Positions 9,591 through 20,181 of a stretch of DNA of 64,000 nucleotides are shown here, one piece after another. The notes under the pieces were generated by a model. The model did no database searches, was not told the origin of the DNA, and saw only the letters and a list, made by a program, of their open reading frames with translations. Made by a program: the position numbers and the translations under genes. Every line of letters begins with the position of its first letter. The stretch's first letter is position 1. The stretch spans positions 480,001 through 544,000 of the forward strand of contig CAVQMO010000001.1 of assembly GCA_963713605.1 (NCBI GenBank). The letters run 5' to 3'. Origin of the DNA: an uncultured Nitrososphaerales archaeon. Its GTDB lineage: Archaea; Thermoproteota; Nitrososphaeria; Nitrososphaerales; Nitrososphaeraceae.

Positions 9591-10062
9591 CTATCTTAAA
9601 GGATTATTTCTCAGTTTCCATATATATTATGGCATAGGGACTAGGTTCAAAGCTAATTCACCTGGAATATAGAAGACTATGTGTTTTAGTTCTTTCCAAT
9701 CTTGTCAACATACAACTAGTCTAAGATCGAAAGTTGAATTATTAGGTCCATTGATTATTAACACTAAATTCTAGAACTATACACGAAGAGTCAGGAAACG
9801 ACCTATTGTAAGAAAAACCTTAACATATTCTCAGTCTGCCCTTTTTTTCCTTCATTGCATTTTTATGATCGAAGTGATGGGCTGCGGTTTAATATGTGTC
9901 AATCTTGAGAGATCTGGGTTTCTTACATTTAATGACACAAATCTCTATATCAGTTATTCAAAAAGAAGAATAAAAGTTAGGTACCTATTTGGTATTTGAC
10001 CTTATGAAGCGACTTTGTAGAAGGCATCACCTTATTATACCGAATAAATAGCAAATTTTAGC

Positions 10063-10525
10063 ATGCGGATTAGGTATTGGAGACTCACAGTAGAAGACAT
10101 GTCTCTGGCGACGTACCCTTTAGAAAGGGCTAACCATTGGGAGATTAAATGCTTGCAAGGAGAGTACAGAACATTTCGGAGTTTTTTGGTTTAGATATGG
10201 CACACCGTATGACAAGGAACCAGTTCATGGACTAGCTATTTACTATAATGATGTTCCGCAGCACAAAGTAGACGAATTGATTGAAATGTTGCACAATAGC
10301 TTCGGTGGAGAAATCTTGCGCCGTCAAAACCGAGTATTCCTCAACGGTTCTAAGGAATTCACAGATCCGCAAGAAATAGCGAAATTGGCTAACGATATTA
10401 GTGAACGATTTAAAGGCCCAGTTGAGATCACTATAGAATTTGAAGAGATATCTGATGACGATAGGCAAGAGAATTTCATTAACCTCCCTACTTCTAAGTT
10501 ATTGGAGATCCCGGGGCTTAGATAA
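10063..10525 (+). CDS. Hypothetical protein with one +1 frameshift near 10155-10170
   Basis: MRIRYWRLTVEDM..WEIKC from ATG 10063 joins EHFGVFWFRYGTPYDK.., which is in frame with ORF 10277..10525. Confidence 0.65.
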
Positions 10526-10646
10526 CGAAATGCAGGAATCGTTGTGTCTTAGGCTTCGGACCTTGATTAAGTTCGATCCCTCAAGCTACGATAGTGGTGA
10601 TAAATTTGTTATAGGAAGCATTCATTGGTGATCTTAAGTTTTACAC

Positions 10647-11138
10647 ATGTCCTCTAACATTCAATCTCTTGTTACGGCCTTTCTGGAGAATCAGAGAGTT
10701 AATGAATTCAATGAATGGCGATTGGAAAATTTGATCCTTAAACTCAGCTTAGACGGAACCGATTTATCCAATCTAGATCTTTCAGGCGCTCTTCTGAATG
10801 GGGTATCTTGCATTGGTTGTAATTTTTCTAAGTCGAATTTATGTCGAACCAACCTTGTGCAATCAGCTTTATCCACAGCCAACTTCGAGAAATCTAATCT
10901 GGAATCAGCCTTAATTATGTATTCTGACTTAAGTAGGTGTAACATGTCTCATGCGGATTTAACAGGAACAAACTTGATGTGGTCAAACTTGAGTCGTTCG
11001 GATCTCTCTTATTGTGTTCTAACAAGGACGATACTTGTGGAATCAAATCTCTCACAAGCCAATTTTACGGGTGTGGACATGTCCACCGCATTTCTAAAAT
11101 ATGCCAAAACGGACAATTTGAAGAAAGTGGCAGTTTAG
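10647..11138 (+). CDS. Pentapeptide repeat protein
   Basis: Tandem A(D/N)LXX pentapeptides. Confidence 0.92.
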   Translation: MSSNIQSLVTAFLENQRVNEFNEWRLENLILKLSLDGTDLSNLDLSGALLNGVSCIGCNFSKSNLCRTNLVQSALSTANFEKSNLESALIMYSDLSRCNMSHADLTGTNLMWSNLSRSDLSYCVLTRTILVESNLSQANFTGVDMSTAFLKYAKTDNLKKVAV

Positions 11139-11648
11139 AATTTGGAGTGATGTCGTTATCCTATCCAGTCCTAAACATGATGTATCAAATGTATAAATAT
11201 ACTATAAGCTTTCTGGTAACGTGGATAGAACGCTTTATCACATGAATTTCAGTAATTAATTTGCAATTCGCAATTAGGTTGTATATCCTCTATATTCCAT
11301 GTTTATACAGGACTGGCATACCATTAGTTATTACTACTATTATGAATGGTCTATGTTTTTCCGTATTGCCATGACCGAGGTAAGAATAAACTCATGTATT
11401 GCACAGTAATTGAATAGCGACAGTAGTTGAACTAATGATTACGATTTTTGAACCTTGGCCAAAATTGAATTGGTTTATGGGAAGAACTTGATATCTTTTT
11501 TTGTCTAAGGATAAAAATGCAGTCTAAGGTGCTACAAAATTGTCACCATAAAGTAGCCTAAAATGTTGTGTTTCGAAAATAGGTCGCCAAAGTGAGAACT
11601 TAAGGCCATGACCTGTTATAACAAACTTAGATTTCGCAACGCCATTTA

Positions 11649-12518
11649 TTAGTGAAAATTTCGCTTGGCGATTCCAAACAACTTGCCTGCTTTAAGGGCA
11701 AGTGCGGTTTCTCTGACGTGGTGAGTCCGCAATATCCTTGCACCGCTGAGCGAGCATTTCAGTTCTGAGATGAGGGCAGGAACTAGCCTATCACCAAGCT
11801 TCAATTTGAAAAGTTCTCCTATAAAGGATTTATTGGAAACTCCAACCGAGATCGGTTTAGAAAGACATTGTAGTTTATTCAGATTCCTTATTATCTGCTG
11901 GTCACGAGCGTACCAAGGCAAACTTGTCACCCTAGTACTAAAGTTATTTGTAACTCCCTTTCTAAAGAAACCAATAGATGGATCCACTATGATCTTGTTC
12001 TCGGCAATTCCAGCATTTTTGGCTAACTCCAGACTTCCACGCAATGCCTTAAGAGTGGAAGATAGGTTTCCAGAAATGCAATCTTTGCTATATGCTCCAA
12101 CTATAATTGGAATTCCATAGCCGGAGATCACATTAGCCATATTCTTGTCAAACTTTAACCCTGTTACATCGTTAACGAGTGAAGCACCTCTCTTTATTGC
12201 TTCCTTGGCGACTTCTGCTCTTGGTGTGTCAACCGATATCGGCAAAGTACAACACCTCTTTACTAGACTAACTGCCCTTGCTACTCGCTTTGTTTCCTCA
12301 TTAATTGAAATGTACGTCTTTAAATAAGGAGCTGTGGATATCCCACCTATGTCAATAATGGTTGCCCCGCTAGCTTCCATACTAATCGCTGTATTTTCAA
12401 TATCATATCTTGACGTTTTTACAGATCCTTTGTAAAATGATTCAGGGCTTACATTAAGTACACCCATTATTCTAGTTGGGGATCTAATATCAATACGTAA
12501 GTTATTAATGACAACCAA
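11649..12518 (-). CDS. folP: Dihydropteroate synthase
   Basis: IMGVLNVSPESF, ISVDT, VNDV, GVSNKSF, RTHHV. Confidence 0.93.
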   Translation of the reverse strand: MVVINNLRIDIRSPTRIMGVLNVSPESFYKGSVKTSRYDIENTAISMEASGATIIDIGGISTAPYLKTYISINEETKRVARAVSLVKRCCTLPISVDTPRAEVAKEAIKRGASLVNDVTGLKFDKNMANVISGYGIPIIVGAYSKDCISGNLSSTLKALRGSLELAKNAGIAENKIIVDPSIGFFRKGVTNNFSTRVTSLPWYARDQQIIRNLNKLQCLSKPISVGVSNKSFIGELFKLKLGDRLVPALISELKCSLSGARILRTHHVRETALALKAGKLFGIAKRNFH

Positions 12519-12734
12519 ATTATCATTCCCGAAGAATCATCCGTTTATCCCAAATTTTTCTCTTTACCAGCAGAAAAGTAGAGATACCACCATTTCCCAA
12601 CCTTAATTCCGGAAACTGAGCCTGGATATTTAATCCTATCAAACTTTAGAGGTACTATTTGTAATCGCTATTGTCTTTGAATACTTTTATATGCTTTATC
12701 ACTTCGAACTAGTTCTAGTCGGGGATGATCAAGT

Positions 12735-15408
12735 ATGGCTAGAACACTAGATAAAACACATACTTTACTCTCTTATATTGAAGGAAGTTTAAGGAATGTG
12801 ACCATAGTCACGGGAGAAGACAAGTATAATGGATTCATATTTTCCTTGCTAAATCCTCCGGTTCCTTTGGGAGGAAATGTTGTATCGTTAGACATTTATG
12901 TCGATGAGATACCCTACCCAAAGAAGTCAATCTTCGTAGCAACTACAGAAGACATGATAAATGCAGCGTCAATTTCAGAAAACCGCCCACTTCCATTTAG
13001 ACCTTTCCAGAGTGCAAGGTTTCTTATCATTAGTAAAGATGGATTACCACAAGGGAAAAAACATAAGATCGTCATTCTAAGCAAGTTAGAGGGTTTCGAA
13101 CAAATACTTATCCCCTTTACACTTATCGACCATGTAGGTGAACAAAGAGAGAAAATAGTTATTCCATCAAATATATTGGAAGATCTCATATACGATACCA
13201 ATAGTGAAGATACCATCTTTAAGAATTTCACATCTCCTCTTATACTCTCTGGAAGGAAGGCATATATTGTTTGTTCTTCCAATGGTTCCCTTTCTGCAAA
13301 TTGGACATGGATGGGGGCCAGGTATGACAACGGAGGGTTGTATGTACCTCCCGTGCGGGCGTTTGGCAGAATTATTGTAGAGCTTTCAATTGAAGATCAA
13401 GTGAGAAAGAAGCTTCCCAATTTCGTTGCCTCCTCAAGACATGAAAAAGGTGTACTTTCAACTAGACATGAATTGGCCGGGCTTCAAGTGAAAAGAAAGT
13501 TGTTTGTCCCAACTGAACGAAAAGGATTCGTAACAATTCTTGAATTGATTGACAGAAGTATAGATCTCCCACGGCTGAGTCCCAAAAAGAGATCTGTAAA
13601 AACAAGGCGTAAGGTACGCATTCATTTTATTATAGATGGTAATATTACCAGCTACGGGCTAGCAGCTATTTCCCAGAGCAATTCTTCTAGATTCATTGAG
13701 AACGAAAATTGTCTTCAAGTGCAGACTGCGGCAAGAAAAGGAATCGCTCACTACTTTGGAACTATTGGCATTGCTCCGAAGGAATTGAAACCATCTCGAA
13801 TCCTGGTCGATACCTTCGATAATGATTTAGAACTATCATATGATATCGAGATCCCTGCCGGAGGAACAAGCGAAATCGCATTGGTTGCATCAGGAAGTTT
13901 CAATAGTTCTGGAGAATGTCTTAATGAATTCCAAACCATTAGAGACAATTATAAGCTACTTTTACGAGAAACACAAGAACATTTCAATCTTGTTATTTCA
14001 TCAAATACGCTAGATATCCAGCCAAATTCTAAGCAAAACCCGACGATTGTAAAAATTGCCAAAGCCTTCGAGAAAGCAAAAACAGGAATGGAGTATCTCA
14101 AAGCAGAATACGACGAGCTTGGCCCCGGCATCTGCGCGGGCTTGCCTCGATTTCCAAATTATTGGGCTAGAGACACAGGTTGGTCATTAAAGGGTTACCT
14201 CTCGCTTGGCGATTATGAATTTGTTTTGTCCGTCTTGGAGAACTTTTTAAGACATCAAGCTGAGGAGGACAACAAGAACTACAATTAAAGGTGAGCTTCC
14301 CATGATTATTAGCGGAAAGGCCTTTCTCCATAGTACTACTTACGGATCGGCTGACTCCACTTTTCTCTTCCCCTGGAGTATCAGAGAATATGTGTATTCA
14401 ACTGGAGACATTAGTTATCTTAAAAAAAGGTGGAACAATATAGTTGATTTGATCAACTGTGGGTTTAGTAAAGATACTGACGGTGATGGATTAATTGAAC
14501 ATGGTTTCACCGGTGTTGCAGAAATACTACCTATTCAGGATTCTACTTGGATGGACCATATAGATAGAAGAAAGAGTGCCAACGATGTGCAGGCTCTTTT
14601 CTATGAAAGCCTGCATATAGGTATCGATCTGGCAAAAATCATGGATGACAAATTACATCTCAAGAGGTGGGAAAAGGGTGCGACTAATTTAAAGCAAAAA
14701 ATTGAGTCCGAATATTGGGACAACAAGGAGGGGTTCTATTTTGATACTATAAGAAGAAACGGTACTAAAGATGCTAGTATAAGACCAAACGCTCTTGTCA
14801 TGTTATTGACTGGAGTCACTGATGTAAAGTCTCATGCCGAATCAGTACTTAGAAGGATTGAAAAAAGTGACATTACTACACCATGGGGTGTAAGGACCCT
14901 TAGCTCTCTTGATTCAAAATACCACCCAAGTCTTTATCATGATGGAGCAATCTGGCCTCTTGTTACCGGTTGGGCGGCTGCAGTTGAGACCAAGTACGGA
15001 CGTAAAGAACAAGCGCTGTACTACATCGAGTCTATGGCGGAGAGAATACTGTCTGAAAACGGGATGTTCGCAGAGACTTACAGAGGGGATAGGCCAGAAC
15101 CATTCAATTCCTGTATTTTACAAGCATGGTCGTTGGCAATGTATGTCTACTCCGTCCGCGAACTTTTTCTAGGGATGCACATCAATTTAGTTGACAACCA
15201 AATAAACTTTGATCCCCGTGTCCCAGACTCTATAAGAAGCAACTCCGTACCTATACGCTTTCACCACAAGTTCTATATTGCGGGGTCGCCACAAGACTCA
15301 GAGATTATTCTTGATCCGTATCAAGAGACAGTTAAAGTAGAATTCAGGAATTTACCAAATCAACAGGTCTTCCGTCCCGAAATCACGAGGCAGCACTTAC
15401 TCAGTTGA
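12735..15408 (+). CDS. Amylo-alpha-1,6-glucosidase / glycogen-debranching-type glycoside hydrolase, one frameshift near 14262
   Basis: AGLPRF..WARDT, GELP, TWMD, VQALFY, YHDGAIWP, QAWS; ORFs 12735..14288 and 14302..15408 join after removing one base. Confidence 0.85.
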
Positions 15409-15436
15409 TATAGGTAACTAGAGGCGTGCTTTAGTT

Positions 15437-15848
15437 CTAGACCCTTCGTCCTCTTCTGCCACCCGGCTTTCTAGTGGTATCATGGGGAATGGGTGTCACG
15501 TCATCAATTCTACCGATTCGAAAGCCTGCCCTCGCTAAAGCTCTAATTGCTGCCTGGGCACCTGGACCTGGAATCCTCGGCCCCACGCCCCCCACAGCCC
15601 TTACCCTAATATGAAGAGCGTTTATCCCTTTTGTTTTGGCCATATCGGCTGCGGCCACCGCAGACTTCATCGCGGCATATGGTGAAGATTCGTATCGATC
15701 AGCTGTAACATGTCTCCCACCCGAACTAAACGAAATTGTTTCAGCCCCGCTAAGATCCGTAATATGTACCAGAGTATTATTATAGCTGACTGAAAATGTG
15801 TGCAACGCCCCACTTATATTGGACTATTTCGTTAGTTTGATCACTCAT
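15437..15848 (-). CDS. rps11: 30S ribosomal protein uS11, frameshift near 15790
   Basis: KWGVAHIFS from ATG 15848, then [27 protein letters not shown]. Confidence 0.95.
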
Positions 15849-16087
15849 AGTTCGGAAGATATCGTTTTGCAAGTCTATATGAATGTAGTGCGTCGAGCAC
15901 ATATTTGGATTGGTTTTGACCGCGATTAGTTCAGTTTTTCCTATCCTTTAGCGTCAAAAGAGAGTGGACTTCTTCAAGTGCGAATTAATCTCCAAATTAG
16001 ACACTACTATGCTCAGCCAATGGGGTCGATTTAGCCTGCAGGTGGATATATGACAATATTCTGCATCGTCTTGTAATTGAATCGAAA

Positions 16088-17071
16088 TCACAAATCTGAA
16101 TAGCCCCTGTTTTCCAATTCCTCAGGAATATCATCTTTCCTCGTCAAAAAGACCTTCCCAGTACCCTTCGATACCTTACCAATTTCAATTAATTTCAACC
16201 CTTTAGATGTTGCCACCTGTCGCGCTCTACTCAACCTCCCTAATGGAATGGTTCCCACAATCTCGAATTCCTCACCACCGTACATTACCAAGTCCTTGCT
16301 ACTTATCCCATTCTCCGAGGCAAACTCATCGATTCCAGAAGCTATGGGAGCCCTTTCAACATGAAAATCTACATTGCTCTTAATCGCTAGTCGATACAGT
16401 GAACTGGCAAGACCGTCACTAGAATCAATAGAGGAAGAAAGAAATTTTCGAAGAGAAATTCCAAATTTGGGTCTTGGTTTAGGAAGCATCACGGACGACG
16501 TATATTTGGCCTTGATCTGTTTGTTTACCCTTGCATTATTTAAGAGTATTTTAAGACCTGCTGCAGTCCTTCCAAAGACTCCTGATGTGACAATTACGTC
16601 TCCAGGCTTTGCTCCGCTCTGAGCTGGGATTGTAGAAATTGGAATGTTAGAATGACCAAACATCGAACAGTCTATTGTAAATTCGTTGCTATGATTAGTA
16701 TCACCCCCTATGATATTAATTCCAAACTCCTTGGAAGCCCTCTTGAATCCACGAGTCAACTCTTTGATAGTGTGTAAAGAGATTGATCGGGGAAGGCCCA
16801 AGGAAAGGATGCATGCTGACGGTGTAAGCCCTTTTGCGGCGAAATCACTTACACACGATACTATACTTTTTCTGGCGACTTGCCATGACTTCATAAAGGG
16901 TGGAATGTCAGTACTCCCAACTAACATGTCGCACTTGAAAGCCAGCAGTCGGGGTCGTTTCGTCCTACCCAAATCAATAAGCGCTACATCATCTAGAGGG
17001 AATGGCAGCATGTGAAGTCGAAGCTCGGAGGACAGAATGTTAATTATCTGCTGTTCCCTCGATTCTCTCAT
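16088..17071 (-). CDS. thiL: Thiamine-monophosphate kinase
   Basis: DDVA, SDFAAKG, IIGGDT, DSSDGL, GGEEFE. Confidence 0.93.
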   Translation of the reverse strand: MRESREQQIINILSSELRLHMLPFPLDDVALIDLGRTKRPRLLAFKCDMLVGSTDIPPFMKSWQVARKSIVSCVSDFAAKGLTPSACILSLGLPRSISLHTIKELTRGFKRASKEFGINIIGGDTNHSNEFTIDCSMFGHSNIPISTIPAQSGAKPGDVIVTSGVFGRTAAGLKILLNNARVNKQIKAKYTSSVMLPKPRPKFGISLRKFLSSSIDSSDGLASSLYRLAIKSNVDFHVERAPIASGIDEFASENGISSKDLVMYGGEEFEIVGTIPLGRLSRARQVATSKGLKLIEIGKVSKGTGKVFLTRKDDIPEELENRGYSDL

Positions 17072-18368
17072 TGATGGCGAGTACCTTTGCCTTTATGAAC
17101 TCAAACAAATCATGAGTTTTATTCACCGTCGACTCCACTGAAATCCTCAAGATATCCTCTGTATTTGATGGCCTAACTAGAATCCATGAATTCTCATCTA
17201 ACAGTGCCTTTATCCCATCGTCAAGAATGGTTTCAGTAGCGATTTTTCGTAATGGCTCAACCAATTCGTTGATAATTTTGAATTTCGCTGAATTAGGGAC
17301 ATAGACCTTAGATCTTTGTTGTTTGTAGTTTCGAATGAATTGAAGGTATTCATCTTGTTTTTCTTCTTCTAAGCTTGAGATCAACGCACTTGCCAACAAA
17401 CCGTCTCTACACATGTTAAACTTAGGAGATATATAGCCAGCGCTGCTTCCTTCACCTCCTGCATCTGCCCCTGTCTCTAACATTTTGCTAACGACATTCG
17501 CTTCCCCTACTTTAGAGTAAACGATCTTTCCCCCTGAATATTTGATAAATTTCTCTAGAGCAAGACTAGTGTCCAAGCTCACAACAAACTTCCGGGCACC
17601 TTGGTCAATTGCTGCACCAATACACAGTAACAGGGTTGCATCTGGCTCCATTTTTCTACCGTATCTGTCTACTACAACTACCCTGTCCCCATCTAGGTCA
17701 AAAGCAAATCCGAGCGACAATTTATTATTCGTTACCAATGACCCTAATTCGTTCAAGTTTTCAACCGTTGGATCGGTCCCTCTTGAGGATACGCCGTACG
17801 CATCATTAATACCTAAATAGCCATGGCCTAATTCATGAAATAGCATGTTTACGTATCCACAATTGGCCCCACCACCGGGATCTAAACCTATCTTTTTTTT
17901 ATGGGAATGATTTCTGTCCTGCATAAAGTTCAATACGTCAGTCACATATGAGGAAGTAATTTGAAATACTGACCCTGGTTTACTTGGACTATACTCCTTA
18001 TTCGTAAGTATACTTTCTAGATCTTGCTCAGATAAACCTCTCCCATTCAAAATGAATTTTAGGCCGTTCCAATCCAAGGGATTATGTGAGGCAGTTATCA
18101 TTATTCCACCTTTATGTCTTCTTGCTTCTCTAAATGTAATAGGTGTAGGAGCAATATCTAGGTAAAATACTTGGACTCCTTGTTCCAATAGCGAGGCTAA
18201 AGTTGCGTATGCCAAGATTTGACCCGATGGCCGTGTATCCCTTGAGACGATGCATGAATTATTGCTCTTTATCAATGTCGCTGCAAAGGATCTGGTGAAC
18301 TTACTCACATCGGTTGCTCGCAAATCATTTCCATACACGCCTCTGATCCCTGAAATGGATACTTTCAT
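17040..18368 (-). CDS. Phosphomannomutase / phosphoglucomutase family
   Basis: SISGIRG, ITASHNP phosphoserine motif, FDLDGDR, GGEGSS, VRPSNTE. Confidence 0.93.
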   Translation of the reverse strand: MKVSISGIRGVYGNDLRATDVSKFTRSFAATLIKSNNSCIVSRDTRPSGQILAYATLASLLEQGVQVFYLDIAPTPITFREARRHKGGIMITASHNPLDWNGLKFILNGRGLSEQDLESILTNKEYSPSKPGSVFQITSSYVTDVLNFMQDRNHSHKKKIGLDPGGGANCGYVNMLFHELGHGYLGINDAYGVSSRGTDPTVENLNELGSLVTNNKLSLGFAFDLDGDRVVVVDRYGRKMEPDATLLLCIGAAIDQGARKFVVSLDTSLALEKFIKYSGGKIVYSKVGEANVVSKMLETGADAGGEGSSAGYISPKFNMCRDGLLASALISSLEEEKQDEYLQFIRNYKQQRSKVYVPNSAKFKIINELVEPLRKIATETILDDGIKALLDENSWILVRPSNTEDILRISVESTVNKTHDLFEFIKAKVLAINERIEGTADN

Positions 18369-18507
18369 GGTAATAGCATTATCTACCAAATATTTATTCG
18401 TGTGCAAGCTTTCGGTAAGTTATGGTTTATAGAGGTGAAGAATTGAATAAAATGTCCTTAACAGAAATCTAGTTCGGTGTATACGTACCTTAAATAATGG
18501 ATTGGCC

Positions 18508-19192
18508 GTGACGAAACAGGAGGCTATCCTAGACAAAAATGCTCTCATATGTAAACGCACTCCATAGCAAAACTATACGATATCGCTAACTGACTTCCTC
18601 AGGTTTGCAAAAATTGGAGCTGACCAAATCCTAAAGCTGGAGCCTAAGAAGGTTCAAGCTATCCTGATCAGCTACATTGTAGACATGAATGATAATAGAC
18701 GGCTAGCACCTAATAGCATGAAAGGAAGGATTGCAGCAGTAAAGACATTCTTTCTGTTAAATGATTTTGAGGGTATAAATTTAGGGTTTAAGGTAAAAAA
18801 GTATATTGGTGAATTCTATCGGGTGGCAGAGAATAGACCCCATACAAGGAAGGAAATCAAAAGACTAGTTAACGCAGCTCATACCAATAGAGATAAAGTT
18901 ATCATATTACTTTTAGCTAGTTCCGGAATGCGGAGAGAAGCCATAGTAAGATTGGCAGCTAAAGCATTTGAAAAAGATAGAGGAATATAATATATTTCTA
19001 ATCGACGTATACAAACAAGCAAGGGCGCATTATTACATCTTTTGTACTCCAGAGGCTAGGAAAGCCATAGAAGAATATCTAGATTGGAGGGCTAAGGTAG
19101 TAGAGCCTAATTTGTATGCTAAAAAACAGTTCAACTCTAAATCATCGATACCAATCAGGGTACCGGAGGCTCAATTTCATACTAAATCCTAA
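18508..19192 (+). pseudogene. Tyrosine recombinase/integrase remnant
   Basis: Box I RDKVIILLLASSGMRREA; IFCTPEARKAIEEYLDWR; in-frame TAG at 18565; frameshift near 18965; truncated before HxxR and the catalytic Tyr. Confidence 0.85.
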
Positions 19193-19202
19193 TGTGAAGT
19201 AC

Positions 19203-19307
19203 ATGACCGCAAAACCTTCAAATTCCAGGGTATATAGAAAAAAGTTGCATATTTCTGTTGTAAAGCTTTTTGCACTAAGCGGCAATAAATGTGCTTTCCC
19301 TCATTGA
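19203..19307 (+). pseudogene. N-terminal fragment resembling HNH-endonuclease-type proteins
   Basis: KLFALSGNKCAFPH, then TGA where the second Cys of CAFPxC is expected. Confidence 0.45.
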
Positions 19308-19467
19308 GGTGTCCAACTCGTATATACTGGTGTGAATCAAATTAAAGCTTACATGATAAACGTTTTCATATCATACAACGATTAGAGGACGGAGAGGAAT
19401 TTATAATCTCAATTTATATATTCAAGCTCGTTTAGGTACCTATACACCTATTTTACAGAAATCTAGA

Positions 19468-19540
19468 GCCCTAGTAGCTCAGCTGGCGGAGCGAGGGTTT
19501 CGTAAACCCTAGGCCATGGGTTCAAATCCCATCTAGGGCT
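19468..19540 (+). tRNA. tRNA-Thr(CGT), intronless
   Basis: Acceptor GCCCTAG/CTAGGGC; AGGGT-TTCGTAA-ACCCT anticodon arm; ATGGG-TTCAAAT-CCCAT T arm. Confidence 0.96.
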
Positions 19541-20181
19541 CTCATCTCGGAATTGACTTCATTGCACTTCCAGCACCTGTGATAGTCATAGTATTCTAAA
19601 TATTCTAGATATCAACCTCTTAGAAATGATCAAAAGAGCGGTGAAGCCTTGCAAGATCCCTTACCTAAATCTACAGCTTTCCACAATTCCTGCGGCTAAT
19701 GCTAAATGCGTTCCAGCTGGAAGAGATTCTATAGATTTTGGGTTACTCCTTAGTATTTTGGAAACAAGGAAGTTAGATATCAATTAGGTAGATCAGCCGA
19801 TCTATCCTCTTCCGTTACCTTTGTAGATATATCACCTCAAATCAAGTGTCATTAGTTTGAATTTATCAATGAGATCCTTGCTTCCTTTTTTCTTAATTCG
19901 AACTATCGATCAAATATATATTTGGTCCGGGGATCATCAAGTTTTAACTCCACCAAACCTTGATACCTTGAATGTTTCAGAACCTAGACCATGTCTCCTC
20001 CGCCCTACACAAAATCTTCGGGTGTTAGATTATAATGGCGATCCAACCGCTCGTATCGAATCTCCATTTTTAACCGAAGCAGATGTGATAGACTTGTCTT
20101 AGGATAAATCGCTTTTCGGTAAAAGGTTAAATCTAGTTCGTTGATTACAAAAAATGTTTGAAATCTAAGAGTATTACTGAA

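Larger units (their letters stand above)
18461..19466. mobile_element. ~1-kb degenerate integrative element upstream of tRNA-Thr
   Basis: 12-bp direct repeat ACAGAAATCTAG at 18461-18472 and 19455-19466; inverted repeats 18476-18493 and 19431-19448 (16/18 identical); integrase pseudogene inside. Confidence 0.65.

Noticed and set aside
10647..11138. Periodic DNA pattern as a repeat element
   Set aside because: Explained by pentapeptide repeats at the protein level
18565..19307. Pyrrolysine or selenocysteine readthrough of in-frame TAG/TGA
   Set aside because: The stops are in truncated, decaying genes; no supporting machinery or SECIS seen
18461..19466. Casposon or IS element
   Set aside because: It has IR plus DR ends but no Cas1, PolB or DDE transposase; only a tyrosine recombinase remnant
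19857..20102. 81-aa ORF between tRNA-Thr and top6B
   Set aside because: No motif or convincing start context; likely spurious
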